Shown: positions 1 to 12,655, counted from the first letter of the whole stretch. The stretch is DNA of 63,958 nt, filler included, from Octopus bimaculoides (GCF_001194135.2; 6 parts of 6 records of this genome joined end to end with filler, not necessarily neighbours in it), one strand, 5' to 3'. Translations and numbers: made by a program. Notes: generated by a model from the sequence alone, not told the origin.

Positions 1-299
1 AACATGGAATAACTTGCGATGTACGTTTTTTTGTTAAGAAGACTGATAGTAAAAGATGTTTTATATGACACATTCTACCAGTGTCCCAAGTTTCAAAGTG
101 TTTCGTTAGTGTTTCGTTAAAAAAATACTGGTGCCCCCGTTTTGAAATAGATCCGTATCTTTTACTGTGGATCCGAACTGATCAATGCTTTGTGAGTGAA
201 GTTTTTAATCGGAAACTGCATGGAAATCTGTCGCATATGTGCATGCGCATGTGCGTGCATGCGTGTGTACCTGCGTGTGTGTGTATGTGTGTGTGCATC

Positions 300-500
300 T
301 TTTTGTATGTGTTTGTCCCCCGACACCACGCTTGACAATCAGTCCTAGTTTCTTCACGTTTCTGTGACTTAGCGGTTCGGGGAAATAGATACAAACTTTT
401 AACAAAAAAATCCTTTTGTGGGATGATTTCTAGGGCTACGTCCTTCAAGGCGGTGCTGCACCATGGTCGCAGTCCAGTAACCGAAACAGTGGGCATAAAA
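300..500 (+). mobile_element. SINE family A, 3' half (degenerate)
   Basis: GTTTGTCCCCC..CGCTTGACAA..ACTTAGCGGTTCGG and CAAGGCGGTGCT..CATGGTCGCAGTC match the 3' half of the intact copy at 28977-29400. Confidence 0.6.
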
Positions 501-504
501 CAAA

Positions 505-734
505 GGCTGCAAAATCCCTATCATGGCACTATGATAAGGCGGGAAAAGCTCGCCTTTAAATAAGCCTTGCCGGATAGGGAAAATAGTGATCCCAGCTGCG
601 TGAAAGCAGACCACCTTGGAGAAGGCAAAATCCGACTCCAAATAGACCATAATTGGCACTCTGGCCTTTTTTTTTCAGGGTTGAGCGTAGGGCTAGCAAC
701 CCCAACTTGTAAAAAAAGACCTGCTACAGAAACG
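505..734 (+). mobile_element. Probable RTE-clade LINE 5' UTR remnant, cut by a gap
   Basis: GGAGAAGGCAAAATCCG and GGGTTGAGCGTAGGGCTAGCAACCCC..GTAAAAA..GCTACAGAAAC resemble RTE 5' UTR motifs as I recall them; no coding part visible. Confidence 0.4.
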
Positions 735-925
735 NNNNNNNNNNNNNNNNNNNNNNNNNNNNNNNNNNNNNNNNNNNNNNNNNNNNNNNNNNNNNNNNNN
801 NNNNNNNNNNNNNNNNNNNNNNNNNNNNNNNNNNNNNNNNNNNNNNNNNNNNNNNNNNNNNNNNNNNNNNNNNNNNNNNNNNNNNNNNNNNNNNNNNNNN
901 NNNNNNNNTATATATATATATATAT

Positions 926-1432
926 GGGAGAATATACAAAAAATAACAACAGACGAGGACAGGTGGTGTAAATAACAAAAGTATATATTAGTATGACGCT
1001 CGGGAATACGGAAAGTCTTTGACGTTTCGAGCTGTGTAGTGGCTAGCGATCTATCATGGCGAATGCCAGACAGAGGGGTCACACAGGAGAGCTAGGAAGA
1101 AGGGAGATAATAAAGTAGGGAAGAAGCTGTGGACCAAGAGGTCTCGTAGGTTGTGGGATTGTTTGAAGGAGGGGTCGTTTGAGGAAGGTGTGCGAAGTGG
1201 AGGGGTCGGACTGGAGTCGCCGGAAGGCTCGGAGAATGGTGCGTTGGAGCGGTAGGGTGGTGGGGTGGTAGGTGAGGGGAGACAGGAGTCGGCGGGGCGA
1301 GTGCGGGGGTGAAGCAGATGCACGGTCCACGGAACGTGCTCTGGCAAGGGCGGTGTGGTTAGTGGTGAAGGGATATCCACGTAGGACGAAGTGCCGAGCC
1401 ATGAGTTGAGACTGAGTCTCAGTCATGGTCTT
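926..1432 (-). mobile_element. Penelope-like element remnant (post-RT linker plus truncated terminal repeat)
   Basis: Minus frames give RGYP..ALARAR..DR..LTYHPTTLPLQRTIL..LQSDPST and NLRDLLVHS, typical of the PLE RT thumb/linker; joined directly to GCTCGAAACGTCAAAGACT (1014-1032, minus), the 3' half of a PLE hammerhead. Confidence 0.85.
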
Positions 1433-1500
1433 CACTACAGAGCGGTGCCCCAGCGTGGCCGCAGTCTAATGACTGCTACTAGAAAAACGTAAAAGGTAAA
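1430..1500 (+). mobile_element. SINE family A 3' tail fragment
   Basis: GCGGTGCCCCAGCGTGGCCGCAGTCTAATGACTG matches the family A 3' end. Confidence 0.55.
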
Positions 1501-1844
1501 AAACACGTAATATACATACATAAACCCACTCACAGGGACACACACACACACATAGTGCATGTATACTAGTGTCAGTATGTATGAGTGTATGTTAGAATGA
1601 ATATGATAAATAATAGAGTCGATATAATCGATCAGACAAAATATTTTAGTGGGCTCATATCAGAAGATTATTCCCTCAGGTAATATAGAAACATATATTC
1701 TATATTCCCAATGCACGCATAAGCAAACACGCGAACAGATACGAGCTTGCATCTATACATAACTTTGTATCGTTATTTTCATATACATTTAAGACAAATA
1801 TTTAACTCTTATGCAAAAACAATATAACCTGTTTTATTCTAATA

Positions 1845-2475
1845 TACGAGTTCTGCTCAATAAGTATCTGGACTGTTGCCATTGTAACGAAGCTAAAGCA
1901 CGAGGAATGAAGCCGCTTCGAAAGGATTGACCTTGAACTCTGCTGTCCATGCGCACTAAGTTTTAACGTTCTAGCTCATTTCTGCTGTTTACAACAGTGC
2001 TTGGCAGGAACGTGTGTAGCGTGTGATCGTCGCATTGACCATGACAGAGAAAGTAGTCATGGTAATGCCTGCTCGGAGGCCTACGCAAAGTTTCAGAAAT
2101 TGTATGGAGAGGAGTGTTTAAGCCGCACACACGTGTACGAGTGTTTCAGGCGTTTCCAAAATGGCCGAAAAAATGTCAATATTGACGAACGTTCTGGAAG
2201 ACCCACAATTAAAAATATCGCAGATGTGCGTGCAGCTGTGAGGGGAAATAGTCGAATCATCATCCGTGAGTTATCAGAGGATGTGCAGATTAGTTACGGT
2301 TCAGTTCAGTCCATTATCACTGAAGATTTGGGTATGAGACGCATGTCTACCAAGTTTGTGCCATAACTGTTTTCAGCTGACTAAAAGAACACTCAGCTTT
2401 CAGTTGCGCTAGATCGTCTTGATTTTGTCGAGAAGGATATAAACTTTTTGAAAACTTTGCGTAGACCTCTGAGCA
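1845..2475 (+). mobile_element. Mariner transposon, 5' TIR and degenerate transposase N-terminus (irritans-like), cut by a gap
   Basis: TA + TACGAG..TCAATAAGT terminus; translation YGEECLSRTHVYECFRRFQNGR..DERSGRP..IRELSEDVQISYGSVQSIITEDLGMRRMSTKFVP* (HTH region and decayed WVPR/FVPK motif) with in-frame stops. Confidence 0.92.
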
Positions 2476-3031
2476 NNNNNNNNNNNNNNNNNNNNNNNNN
2501 NNNNNNNNNNNNNNNNNNNNNNNNNNNNNNNNNNNNNNNNNNNNNNNNNNNNNNNNNNNNNNNNNNNNNNNNNNNNNNNNNNNNNNNNNNNNNNNNNNNN
2601 NNNNNNNNNNNNNNNNNNNNNNNNNNNNNNNNNNNNNNNNNNNNNNNNNNNNNNNNNNNNNNNNNNNNNNNNNNNNNNNNNNNNNNNNNNNNNNNNNNNN
2701 NNNNNNNNNNNNNNNNNNNNNNNNNNNNNNNNNNNNNNNNNNNNNNNNNNNNNNNNNNNNNNNNNNNNNNNNNNNNNNNNNNNNNNNNNNNNNNNNNNNN
2801 NNNNNNNNNNNNNNNNNNNNNNNNNNNNNNNNNNNNNNNNNNNNNNNNNNNNNNNNNNNNNNNNNNNNNNNNNNNNNNNNNNNNNNNNNNNNNNNNNNNN
2901 NNNNNNNNNNNNNNNNNNNNNNNNNNNNNNNNNNNNNNNNNNNNNNNNNNNNNNNNNNNNNNNNNNNNNNNNNNNNNNNNNNNNNNNNNNNNNNNNNNNN
3001 NNNNNNNNNNNNNNNNNNNNNNNNNNNNNNN

Positions 3032-3074
<43 letters not shown>

Positions 3075-4626
3075 ATGAAAATATTTATGTTAACATTTGA
3101 TATTCATATAACGACGATCGTTTCGCAGCCGCTATCGCATATCTTTGCGGGTCTATGTAGAGAAGACATGTGTATATGCGTCCGTGCGTTTCTGTATTAG
3201 CAGTCATCTCTAGGGTTAAATTTACTTCAAGTTTATTAAACAAATTTATGCTGCAATTAACTGAATTCTGCCGTATTGTACAGTGATACGAAGGAATAGG
3301 TATATGAACGGCCATACATATATACATGCACACACATTCATACAAGTAGATATTCCTACATACACATAAATATATTATATATATTAATATATGGAGAGAG
3401 AGAGAGAGATACACATATATACACACTCACACATATTTGCATTTAATTATAGAGAAATATGGAGTTAAGAAAAGAAAGAAAGAAAGATAGAGGAGATGCT
3501 TTACAAAATGGTGTATATATAAATATATATATACACGTATTATGTACATATTCACGTATATATATATATATATATATATNNNNNNNNNNNNNNNNNNNNN
3601 NNNNNNNNNNNNNNNNNNNNNNNNNNNNNNNNNNNNNNNNNNNNNNNNNNNNNNNNNNNNNNNNNNNNNNNNNNNNNNNNNNNNNNNNNNNNNNNNNNNN
3701 NNNNNNNNNNNNNNNNNNNNNNNNNNNNNNNNNNNNNNNNNNNNNNNNNNNNNNNNNNNNNNNNNNNNNNNNNNNNNNNNNNNNNNNNNNNNNNNNNNNN
3801 NNNNNNNNNNNNNNNNNNNNNNNNNNNNNNNNNNNNNNNNNNNNNNNNNNNNNNNNNNNNNNNNNNNNNNNNNNNNNNNNNNNNNNNNNNNNNNNNNNNN
3901 NNNNNNNNNNNNNNNNNNNNNNNNNNNNNNNNNNNNNNNNNNNNNNNNNNNNNNNNNNNNNNNNNNNNNNNNNNNNNNNNNNNNNNNNNNNNNNNNNNNN
4001 NNNNNNNNNNNNNNNNNNNNNNNNNNNNNNNNNNNNNNNNNNNNNNNNNNNNNNNNNNNNNNNNNNNNNNNNNNNNNNNNNNNNNNNNNNNNNNNNNNNN
4101 NNNNNNNNNNNNNNNNNNNNNNNNNNNNNNNNNNNNNNNNNNNNNNNNNNNNNNNNNNNNNNNNNNNNNNNNNNNNNNNNNNNNNNNNNNNNNNNNNNNN
4201 NNNNNNNNNNNNNNNNNNNNNNNNNNNNNNNNNNNNNNNNNNNNNNNNNNNNNNNNNNNNNNNNNNNNNNNNNNNNNNNNNNNNNNNNNNNNNNNNNNNN
4301 NNNNNNNNNNNNNNNNNNNNNNNNNNNNNNNNNNNNNNNNNNNNNNNNNNNNNNNNNNNNNNNNNNNNNNNNNNNNNNNNNNNNNNNNNNNNNNNNNNNN
4401 NNNNNNNNNNNNNNNNNNNNNNNNNNNNNNNNNNNNNNNNNNNNNNNNNNNNNNNNNNNNNNNNNNNNNNGTGGTGATGGTGGTGGTGGTTACGGTGACG
4501 ATGATGTTAATAATCATGATATAGATTCATCTGCTTTATGATGATGATGATGATTTCTCATATATAAAGATGATGATAGGATGATCATGATTACGACGAT
4601 GATGATGGTGATGATAATGATGACAA

Positions 4627-5560
4627 CTGAGAGAGTCGTTGACACGCCCCACAAGATGCTTAATGGCATTTCGTCCGTCTGCATGTTCTGAGTTCAAATT
4701 CCGCCGAGGTTGACTTTGCCTTTCATCCTTTNNNNNNNNNNNNNNNNNNNNNNNNNNNNNNNNNNNNNNNNNNNNNNNNNNNNNNNNNNNNNNNNNNNNN
4801 NNNNNNNNNNNNNNNNNNNNNNNNNNNNNNNNNNNNNNNNNNNNNNNNNNNNNNNNNNNNNNNNNNNNNNNNNNNNNNNNNNNNNNNNNNNNNNNNNNNN
4901 NNNNNNNNNNNNNNNNNNNNNNNNNNNNNNNNNNNNNNNNNNNNNNNNNNNNNNNNNNNNNNNNNNNNNNNNNNNNNNNNNNNNNNNNNNNNNNNNNNNN
5001 NNNNNNNNNNNNNNNNNNNNNNNNNNNNNNNNNNNNNNNNNNNNNNNNNNNNNNNNNNNNNNNNNNNNNNNNNNNNNNNNNNNNNNNNNNNNNNNNNNNN
5101 NNNNNNNNNNNNNNNNNNNNNNNNNNNNNNNNNNNNNNNNNNNNNNNNNNNNNNNNNNNNNNNNNNNNNNNNNNNNNNNNNNNNNNNNNNNNNNNNNNNN
5201 NNNNNNNNNNNNNNNNNNNNNNNNNNNNNNNNNNNNNNNNNNNNNNNNNNNNNNNNNNNNNNNNNNNNNNNNNNNNNNNNNNNNNNNNNNNNNNNNNNNN
5301 NNNNNNNNNNNNNNNNNNNNNNNNNNNNNNNNNNNNNNNNNNNNNNNNNNNNNNNNNNNNNNNNNNNNNNNNNNNNNNNNNNNNNNNNNNNNNNNNNNNN
5401 NNNNNNNNNNNNNNNNNNNNNNNNNNNNNNNNNNNNNNNNNNNNNNNNNNNNNNNNNNNNNNNNNNNNNNNNNNNNNNNNNNNNNNNNNNNNNNGTCGAC
5501 TTTGCCTTTTATTCTTTCGGGGTCGATAAAATAAGTACCAGTTGCATACACTACGCCAAG
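4627..5560 (+). mobile_element. SINE family B split by a gap (one or two copies)
   Basis: GAGTTCAAATTCCGCCGAGGTTGACTTTGCCTTTCATCCTTT before the gap and GTCGACTTTGCCTTTT..GGGGTCGATAAAATAAGTACCAG after it. Confidence 0.8.
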
Positions 5561-5714
5561 CGCCTTCACATTTTGCATTTAGTGTTGCGTAATTAAATGT
5601 GTTCTTATTTTTAATTAAGTAGGACGTGGTATGCGATGGACGGCGGTCAGAGGAAATTGTTACAGGATCGGAAAAATGTATCGTGATGTTTGTTTCGTCT
5701 ATCTTTTATCATTA

Positions 5715-6205
5715 CCTGTTCCACTCATTTGACTACGACCATTTTGGGGCAACGTCTTGAAGAATTTTTAGTCTAATGAATCGAGCCCCCCCTCCCCCCA
5801 GTACTTATTCTATCGGACCCTTTGGCCGAACCGTGAAGTTACGGGGACTTAAGAGCACCAACACAGGTTGTCAAGCGGTGGAGGGGTAGAAACACACACA
5901 CGCACACATACACACACGCACACATACACACACACGCACACATACACACACGCACACATACACACACACACAAAGACAAACACATACACACACACAAGGA
6001 CAAACACACACACACACACACAAAGACACACACGCATACACACATACACACACACACAGACATGCACACACATACACATACATACACACACACACAAGGT
6101 TTGGTCGGCCCGAGGCTATTGTAGACGTCACTTGCCCAAGGTGCCACGCAGTGGGACTGAACCCGACACCATGTAGTTGGAGAGGAAGCTTTTTACCACA
6201 CAGCT
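5715..6205 (-). mobile_element. SINE family A, near full length, with expanded internal (CA)n
   Basis: Reverse complement of head (CCCAAGGTGCCACGCAGTGGGACTGAACCC..ACCACACAG) and of 3' body (GCCGAACC..AAGTTACGGGGAC). Confidence 0.85.
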
Positions 6206-6211
6206 ATGTTT

Positions 6212-6340
6212 GCAGTTCTGAGTTCAAATCCCACCGGTATCAACTTGTGCCTTATATCCTTTGCGCTCGATAAACTAAAGTCCCTATCATAGAAGCCTTA
6301 AAAATTGCTGGCCTTGTGCCAAAACTTAGAAACAATTATT
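6212..6340 (+). mobile_element. SINE family B fragment
   Basis: TTCTGAGTTCAAATCCCACC..GGCCTTGTGCCAAAACTTAGAAACAATTATT. Confidence 0.6.
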
Positions 6341-6356
6341 TTCAAGTCTGCGAGCA

Positions 6357-6895
6357 GGCGCAGGAGTGGCTGTGTGGTAAGTAGCTTGCTTACTAACCAC
6401 ATGGATGCGGGTTCAGTCCCACTGCGTGGCACCTTTGGCAAGTGTCTTCTACTATAGCCTCGATCCGACCAAAGCCTTCTGAGTGGATTTGGTAGACGGA
6501 AACTGAAAGAAGCCCGTCGTATATATGTATATGTATATATGTATGTGTGTTTGTGTCAGTGTCCCCCCCCCAACATAACTTGACAACCGATGCTGGTGTG
6601 TTTACGTCCTCGTAACTTAGCGGTTCGGCAAAAGAGCCCGATAGAATAAGTACTAGGCTTACAAAGAATAAGTCCTGGGGTCGANNNNNNNNNNNNNNNN
6701 NNNNNNNNNNNNNNNNNNNNNNNNNNNNNNNNNNNNNNNNNNNNNNNNNNNNNNNNNNNNNNNNNNNNNNNNNNNNNNNNNNNNNNNNNNNNNNNNNNNN
6801 NNNNNNNNNNNNNNNNTTTCTTGACTAAAGGCAATGCTCCAGCATGGCCGCAGTCAAATGACTGAAAGAAGTAAAAGAATAAAAGAAAGTAAGAG
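6357..6895 (+). mobile_element. SINE family A, full length (internal gap)
   Basis: GGCGCAGGAGTGGCTGTGTGG (A-box-like), GGTTCAGTCCC (B-box-like), CACCTTTGGCAAGTGTCTT, internal AT/GT tract, 3' CATGGCCGCAGTCAAATGACTGAAA..AAAAG tail. Confidence 0.93.
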
Positions 6896-7269
6896 GTAGA
6901 ATTTTCAACTTTGCATTTTATCTTCTCGGAGTCAACAAAATAAAGTACCATCGAAGTTCTTGGGTAAATCGAATTCATTAACCCATTGCCTGCCATGAGA
7001 CCCTTTTTGGGGATCTGCTAAACACCGTCTCACTGTCGGTTGTTCGTTGTATTTAAAATGAATTGTTTATGGACATTGTTGCATTTGTAGAGGTGTGTTT
7101 AACAATTTTTAGTAATTAAAGTTTGTCATTATTAGCTCTGTCTAATTCTAGAGGACATTTTATGTCATAGATCGCAATTTTTGAACTATAACAAAATTGA
7201 CTGTTTTGAAAGAGTTTTTTTTCTTTCTTTTTTTTTTTGCATTTCCCATCTATATCATTCTGCTCGTTT

Positions 7270-7463
7270 TTTTACTCTTTTATTTGTTGCAGTCATTTGA
7301 TTGCAGCCATGCTGGAGCACCGCCTTTAGTCGAACAAATTGATCCTAGGGATCATTCTTTATCGGTCTATTTTTCCGAACCGTCAAGTTACGGGAACGTA
7401 AACATACCAGCATCCGTTGTCAAGTGATGTGGGGGGTGGGGGTCAAACACAGACACACAAGCG

Positions 7464-7504
<41 letters not shown>

Positions 7505-7672
7505 ATGTATATGCGGCGGACTTCTTTCGGTTTCCGTTTACCAAATTCACTCATAAGCTTTTAGTCAGCCTGAGGTTATGCAAGAAGACACTTGCTCAAG
7601 GTGCCACGCAGTGGGACTGAACCCGGAACTACATGGTTCGTAAGCAAGCTACTTACCACACAGCCACTCCTA
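7270..7672 (-). mobile_element. SINE family A, full length
   Basis: Reverse complement of all family A blocks, ending ACCACACAGCCACTCC. Confidence 0.92.
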
Positions 7673-8340
7673 TGCACATGGAGAAAATTTAAGAACTATA
7701 TATTATTTTAACTCCTAGGATACCTGGCAAAGCCAAAATATAAGAATAAAGAAATTTGGCAGTTAATAGGTTAACCCATCCCACCCACCCCTAACCCTAA
7801 CTACCGGCCTTGTGGCTAAATCGTAACCCACCAGGACATTACAGTTAATAATTTGGCTCTATGTTCAAATCCCGTACCGAGTTCAATCCCTGCGTCGTCA
7901 ATTTCATTTTTCATATTTTCACTATAAAATAAAGTACCTGCCTTCTCCCTAAACTAGAAACCGTTATTTGAGGCAGATCTAACTGCTTTTTCTAGCAGCT
8001 GAAACAACCACCACGAGATTCCTTCTGTTATTGATTCGATGTGCAGGCACCACGTCTCCATCGATTCTCATTGTCAACGTTTATTTACCTTGTCATTCAT
8101 TTTATTTGATTATTTGTCTATTTTTTTATATTTGTTTTGAAATAATTCTGTCTTGCTTTTTGTGCTATTTTGTTGGAATTCATATTTTCGGTTTTCTATA
8201 GAATTTAACGATAATATTAAAACTTTATTTTAATCACTCTTTAAGCCGTTCAATACATTACTCGTTAGATTTTTGGCAAATATATACACAACCCTACATA
8301 CAAATATACCAAACATACATACGTACATGCATATATACTC

Positions 8341-8395
<55 letters not shown>

Positions 8396-8800
8396 NNNNN
8401 NNNNNNNNNNNNNNNNNNNNNNNNNNNNNNNNNNNNNNNNNNNNNNNNNNNNNNNNNNNNNNNNNNNNNNNNNNNNNNNNNNNNNNNNNNNNNNNNNNNN
8501 NNNNNNNNNNNNNNNNNNNNNNNNNNNNNNNNNNNNNNNNNNNNNNNNNNNNNNNNNNNNNNNNNNNNNNNNNNNNNNNNNNNNNNNNNNNNNNNNNNNN
8601 NNNNNNNNNNNNNNNNNNNNNNNNNNNNNNNNNNNNNNNNNNNNNNNNNNNNNNNNNNNNNNNNNNNNNNNNNNNNNNNNNNNNNNNNNNNNNNNNNNNN
8701 NNNNNNNNNNNNNNNNNNNNNNNNNNNNNNNNNNNNNNNNNNNNNNNNNNNNNNNNNNNNNNNNNNNNNNNNNNNNNNNNNNNNNCGGGAAGAAGGAGGA

Positions 8801-8899
8801 GAAGAAGAAGAAGAAGAAGAAGAAGAAGAAGAAGAAGAAGAAGAAGAAGAAGAAGAAGAAGAAGAAGAAGAAGAAGAAGAAGAAGAAGAAGAAGAAGAA
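8801..8899. repeat. (GAA)n microsatellite
   Basis: Pure GAA run next to a gap. Confidence 0.97.
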
Positions 8900-9492
8900 G
8901 AGACGGATTGCGATGATAGTGGTAAGGATGGTGGTGCTAATATTAATGGTGGCACTTTTAATGATAATGAGGTTGATGAAGATGGTGGTGGTAGTGGTGG
9001 AGATGTCGATTTGTTTGTTTGTGACAAAAAAGAGGTTTCTTGAATAACGTTTGGTAATTCTATTTGTTTCTTCCGCTCTTTGCTTAATCAGAATGATAAT
9101 CCTTCTAATCTCTGTGAAAAACAAAAAAACAAAAACAAAAATTTTTTAAAATTACTTTTTACATAGAAAAATCTGTGTGTGTGTGTGCGTGTGTGTATGC
9201 GTGCGTGTGCGTGTGTCTGCGTGTGTGTGTGAATGTGCGTTTGCGTGTGCGTGTGCGTGTGCGTGTGCGCGTGTATGGTAGATGTGGAGCCTGAAGTTGG
9301 AGACAATAACAAAAGTAATACACACAGACATGCGCACATATATATATATACACACATATATACATATACACATACATATATGCTTACATACAAATCATAC
9401 ATACATACGTACGTACATACCTACATACAGACATACATACATGCATGCATACATACATACAAACACCCATACATAAATACATACATACACAT

Positions 9493-10078
9493 TTAGAAAG
9501 GTTCACATTAACAGGAAGTGTAGTGTCTCCTGGACTCGTAGCGTCTTCTGGACTCGTAGCGTCTTCTGGACTCGTAGCGTCTTCTGGACTCGTAGCGTCT
9601 TCTGGACTCGTAACCGATACATGACATCGTATCTTGACGGTTATGCTTTTGAAAGCCATAAAAAAAGGGGCAGTTACGAAACACCTCAAGAACAAAACAG
9701 GACACCGATGTCTTTAAGATTGCAAGATGCAATTTGAAATGTCACTCTTCTGCGAAGATACAATACGTGTAATCAGCTGCAACCCAAAGACGTCATCAGG
9801 ATCCAGCGTTCTATAGCAACATGGCGTTGTTGCTAGACCAATACACGATGCTATCTGTAGAAGAGACTTCCCTGGATTAAATATAAACATTTCTGCTATG
9901 GAACACATTAGAACACAAGGAATATTATGGGAACATTTCCATCAAAACTTCTACCAAGTGCAAACATAAGAGACCTGACATTGTTATTTGGGACAGAAAA
10001 GAAAATTACAGTCGAAGAAGTTAGTTACTCTACAGATGTGAATAGCACTTTCAAATTCAGCGAGAAGGAGAAAATTCT
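9493..10078 (+). mobile_element. RLE-type (R4/Dong-like) LINE family 1, 5'-truncated ORF C-terminal region, 3' end interrupted by SINE B
   Basis: Frameshifted translation SVSWTRNRYMTSYLDGYAF, DTIRVISC..QHGVVARPIHDAIC (decayed CCHC knuckle/RH region), KCKHKRPDIVIWDRK, VEEVS..DVN..EKEK (RLE PD..E..K motifs). Confidence 0.85.
9520..9612 (+). repeat. 18-bp tandem repeat GTAGCGTCTTCTGGACTC x5
   Basis: Four identical units plus one divergent first unit, inside the LINE above. Confidence 0.95.
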
Positions 10079-10080
10079 TT

Positions 10081-10240
10081 TCTACTCTAGGCACAAGGCC
10101 CGAAATTTGGGGGGAAGGGCCAGTCGATTATATCGACCCCAGTGTTTTACTGGTACTTATTTGATCAATCCCGAAAGGATGAAAGGCAAAGTTGACCTTG
10201 GCGGAATTTGAACTCAGAACGTAAAGAGACGAAATACCAC
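10081..10240 (-). mobile_element. SINE family B
   Basis: CTAGGCACAAGGCCCGAAATTT..CCCGAAAGGATGAAAGGCAAAGTTGACC..ATTTGAACTCAGAAC. Confidence 0.85.
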
Positions 10241-10309
10241 AGCACATACCCAAGGCACACAGAGCTGCGCTCGGTAGTGAAGTGAAAGCACGCAATAAAA
10301 ATAAAACTA

Positions 10310-10313
<4 letters not shown>

Positions 10314-10378
<65 letters not shown>
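10314..10378. repeat. (AAT)n microsatellite
   Basis: Pure run. Confidence 0.95.
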
Positions 10379-10379
<1 letters not shown>

Positions 10380-10387
10380 GTCTCACG

Positions 10388-10560
10388 TGTTGGCACAAAG
10401 CCAGCAATTTTAGGGAGAGATGGTAAACCGATTACATCGACGCCCAGTGCGCAAATGGCATTTAATTTTATCCATCCGAAGTAGATGAAAAGCACAGTCA
10501 GTCACGGCAGATTTTTACCTGAGAACGTAGCAAATATCGTTATGTATTTTGTCCGTACAA
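10388..10560 (-). mobile_element. SINE family B, degenerate
   Basis: TTGGCACAAAGCCAGCAATTTT..CGATTACATCGAC.. Confidence 0.7.
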
Positions 10561-10659
10561 ACCCTACACTATATTACACTCACCTCGCCACATCTATAAC
10601 TATTTTCCAATTCTTTAATTTTATCATCCATAGTCTATTCATGCATCAGTAGTTTCATG

Positions 10660-10715
10660 ACTTGCTCTCTGAAGAAGTGATAAAGCCCGAAGCGTTATAA
10701 CTCTTTCATTTCCCA
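10660..10715 (+). mobile_element. Decayed PLE terminal repeat with broken hammerhead core
   Basis: CTGAAGA-A-GTGA-TAAA-GCCC-GAAG-CGTT; stem II and GAAA mutated relative to the 32710 copy. Confidence 0.45.
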
Positions 10716-10989
10716 CCATATAAACATATTTCTTTAACAAAATCTCTATTAGAGACGGAAGTAGTTTTTGTACCGAGAAGTGATGTTCATCGCCACCTAA
10801 ACAAGGGTGTTCTTTAGGAACAGACTATACTGCTATTTTGAACCCAGGTTGTTTGCTGTTTTTACGTTGTTTTTATTATTATTTATTCTTTTATTTCTTT
10901 ACTTCTTTTACTCGTATGTAATTCTGGAATTAAAAGTGGCGATGAAGAGTATTTGGTCGAAGGGGAGGTGAGTGATCTTCATGGCTACC

Positions 10990-11006
10990 GTAGTAGTAAT
11001 AGTAAT

Positions 11007-11038
<32 letters not shown>

Positions 11039-11074
11039 AAGTAGTAGCAGTAGTAGTAGTAGTAGTAGTAGTAA

Positions 11075-11116
<42 letters not shown>

Positions 11117-11196
11117 CAGTAGTGGCAGCAGCGGCAGCTATAGCAGCAGCAATGATAGTTGAAGTAGTAGTGGTGGTTGTGGTGGTGGTGGTGGTT

Positions 11197-11232
<36 letters not shown>

Positions 11233-11359
11233 ATGGGGAGTGGCAGCGGCGACGGTAGAAGTGGGCGACATCGTCGCGGTGGACGCGTTGATGGCGACGG
11301 TGATAGTGATGGTGGTTGTCATGGTCGTGGTAGCGGTGGGAGACGTGTGATGATGACAG

Positions 11360-11392
<33 letters not shown>

Positions 11393-11509
11393 CAGTGATG
11401 ATGATGGTGATGATGATGATGATGATGATGATGATGGTGTTGATGATGATGGTGGTGGTGGTGGTGGTGATGATGATGATGATGATGATGAGGATGATGA
11501 TGATGGTGT

Positions 11510-11553
<44 letters not shown>

Positions 11554-11906
11554 ATGATGATGATGGTGGTGGTGACNNNNNNNNNNNNNNNNNNNNNNNN
11601 NNNNNNNNNNNNNNNNNNNNNNNNNNNNNNNNNNNNNNNNNNNNNNNNNNNNNNNNNNNNNNNNNNNNNNNNNNNNNNNNNNNNNNNNNNNNNNNNNNNN
11701 NNNNNNNNNNNNNNNNNNNNNNNNNNNNNNNNNNNNNNNNNNNNNNNNNNNNNNNNNNNNNNNNNNNNNNNNNNNNNNNNNNNNNNNNNNNNNNNNNNNN
11801 NNNNNNNNNNNNNNNNNNNNNNNNNNNNNNNNNNNNNNNNNNNNNNNNNNNNNNNNNNNNNNNNNNNNNNNNNNNNNNNNNNNNNNNNNNNNNNNNNATG
11901 ATGGTG

Positions 11907-11950
<44 letters not shown>

Positions 11951-11999
11951 GGTGGTGGTGATGATGATGATGATGATGATGAGGATGATGATGATGGTG

Positions 12000-12043
<44 letters not shown>

Positions 12044-12081
12044 GATGATGATGATGATGATGAGGATGATGATGATGGTGT

Positions 12082-12125
<44 letters not shown>

Positions 12126-12159
12126 ATGATGATGATGGTGGTGGTGACGACGACGACGG

Positions 12160-12192
<33 letters not shown>

Positions 12193-12260
12193 CGATGATA
12201 ATGATGACGATGATAATGATGACGATGATCACCATGACGACGACGATGATGATGATAAAG
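10990..12260. repeat. Compound trinucleotide array (GTA/GCA, GTG, ATG, ACG) with higher-order periodicity
   Basis: Recurrent block ATGGTGTTG(ATG)n(GTG)n(ATG)nAGG on both sides of the gap at 11577-11897. Confidence 0.9.
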
Positions 12261-12600
12261 GCAATAGTGATTTTAAACTGAATATAGCAAGGTTGTTGTT
12301 GTTGTTGTTGGTCGTGGTGGTGGTGATGTTTAGATTTAATATACCAGAATTATTGGTGGTGATGGCGATGGTGGCGGTGACCATCCGATCGTGGTGGTAG
12401 CGGCGGTAGAGTTGAAACGAATACATCATGGCGGTGCAGGTAAACGGAGTGGGGCTGACGGGGGCAGGTGGAGCTGATGATAATCACGGAGGTGGAAGTA
12501 AAAGTCTTTTATTTCGAGTTATCCATTATGCAAATTCTCTGGAGGATTAAATATTCATTGTAGCAAATACATTACATACATTACATACATACAAACAGAT

Positions 12601-12655
<55 letters not shown>

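Noticed and set aside
575-734. HDV-like ribozyme in the RTE-like 5' UTR
   Set aside because: GGGTTG..GGCTAG-CAACCC forms only a simple hairpin; there is no room for P3/L3/P1/P4 between the strands, and I could not fit the nested double pseudoknot.
7788-7800. Interstitial telomeric CCCTAA (also GGGTTA-like at about 26067-26087)
   Set aside because: Only about two units; expected by chance.
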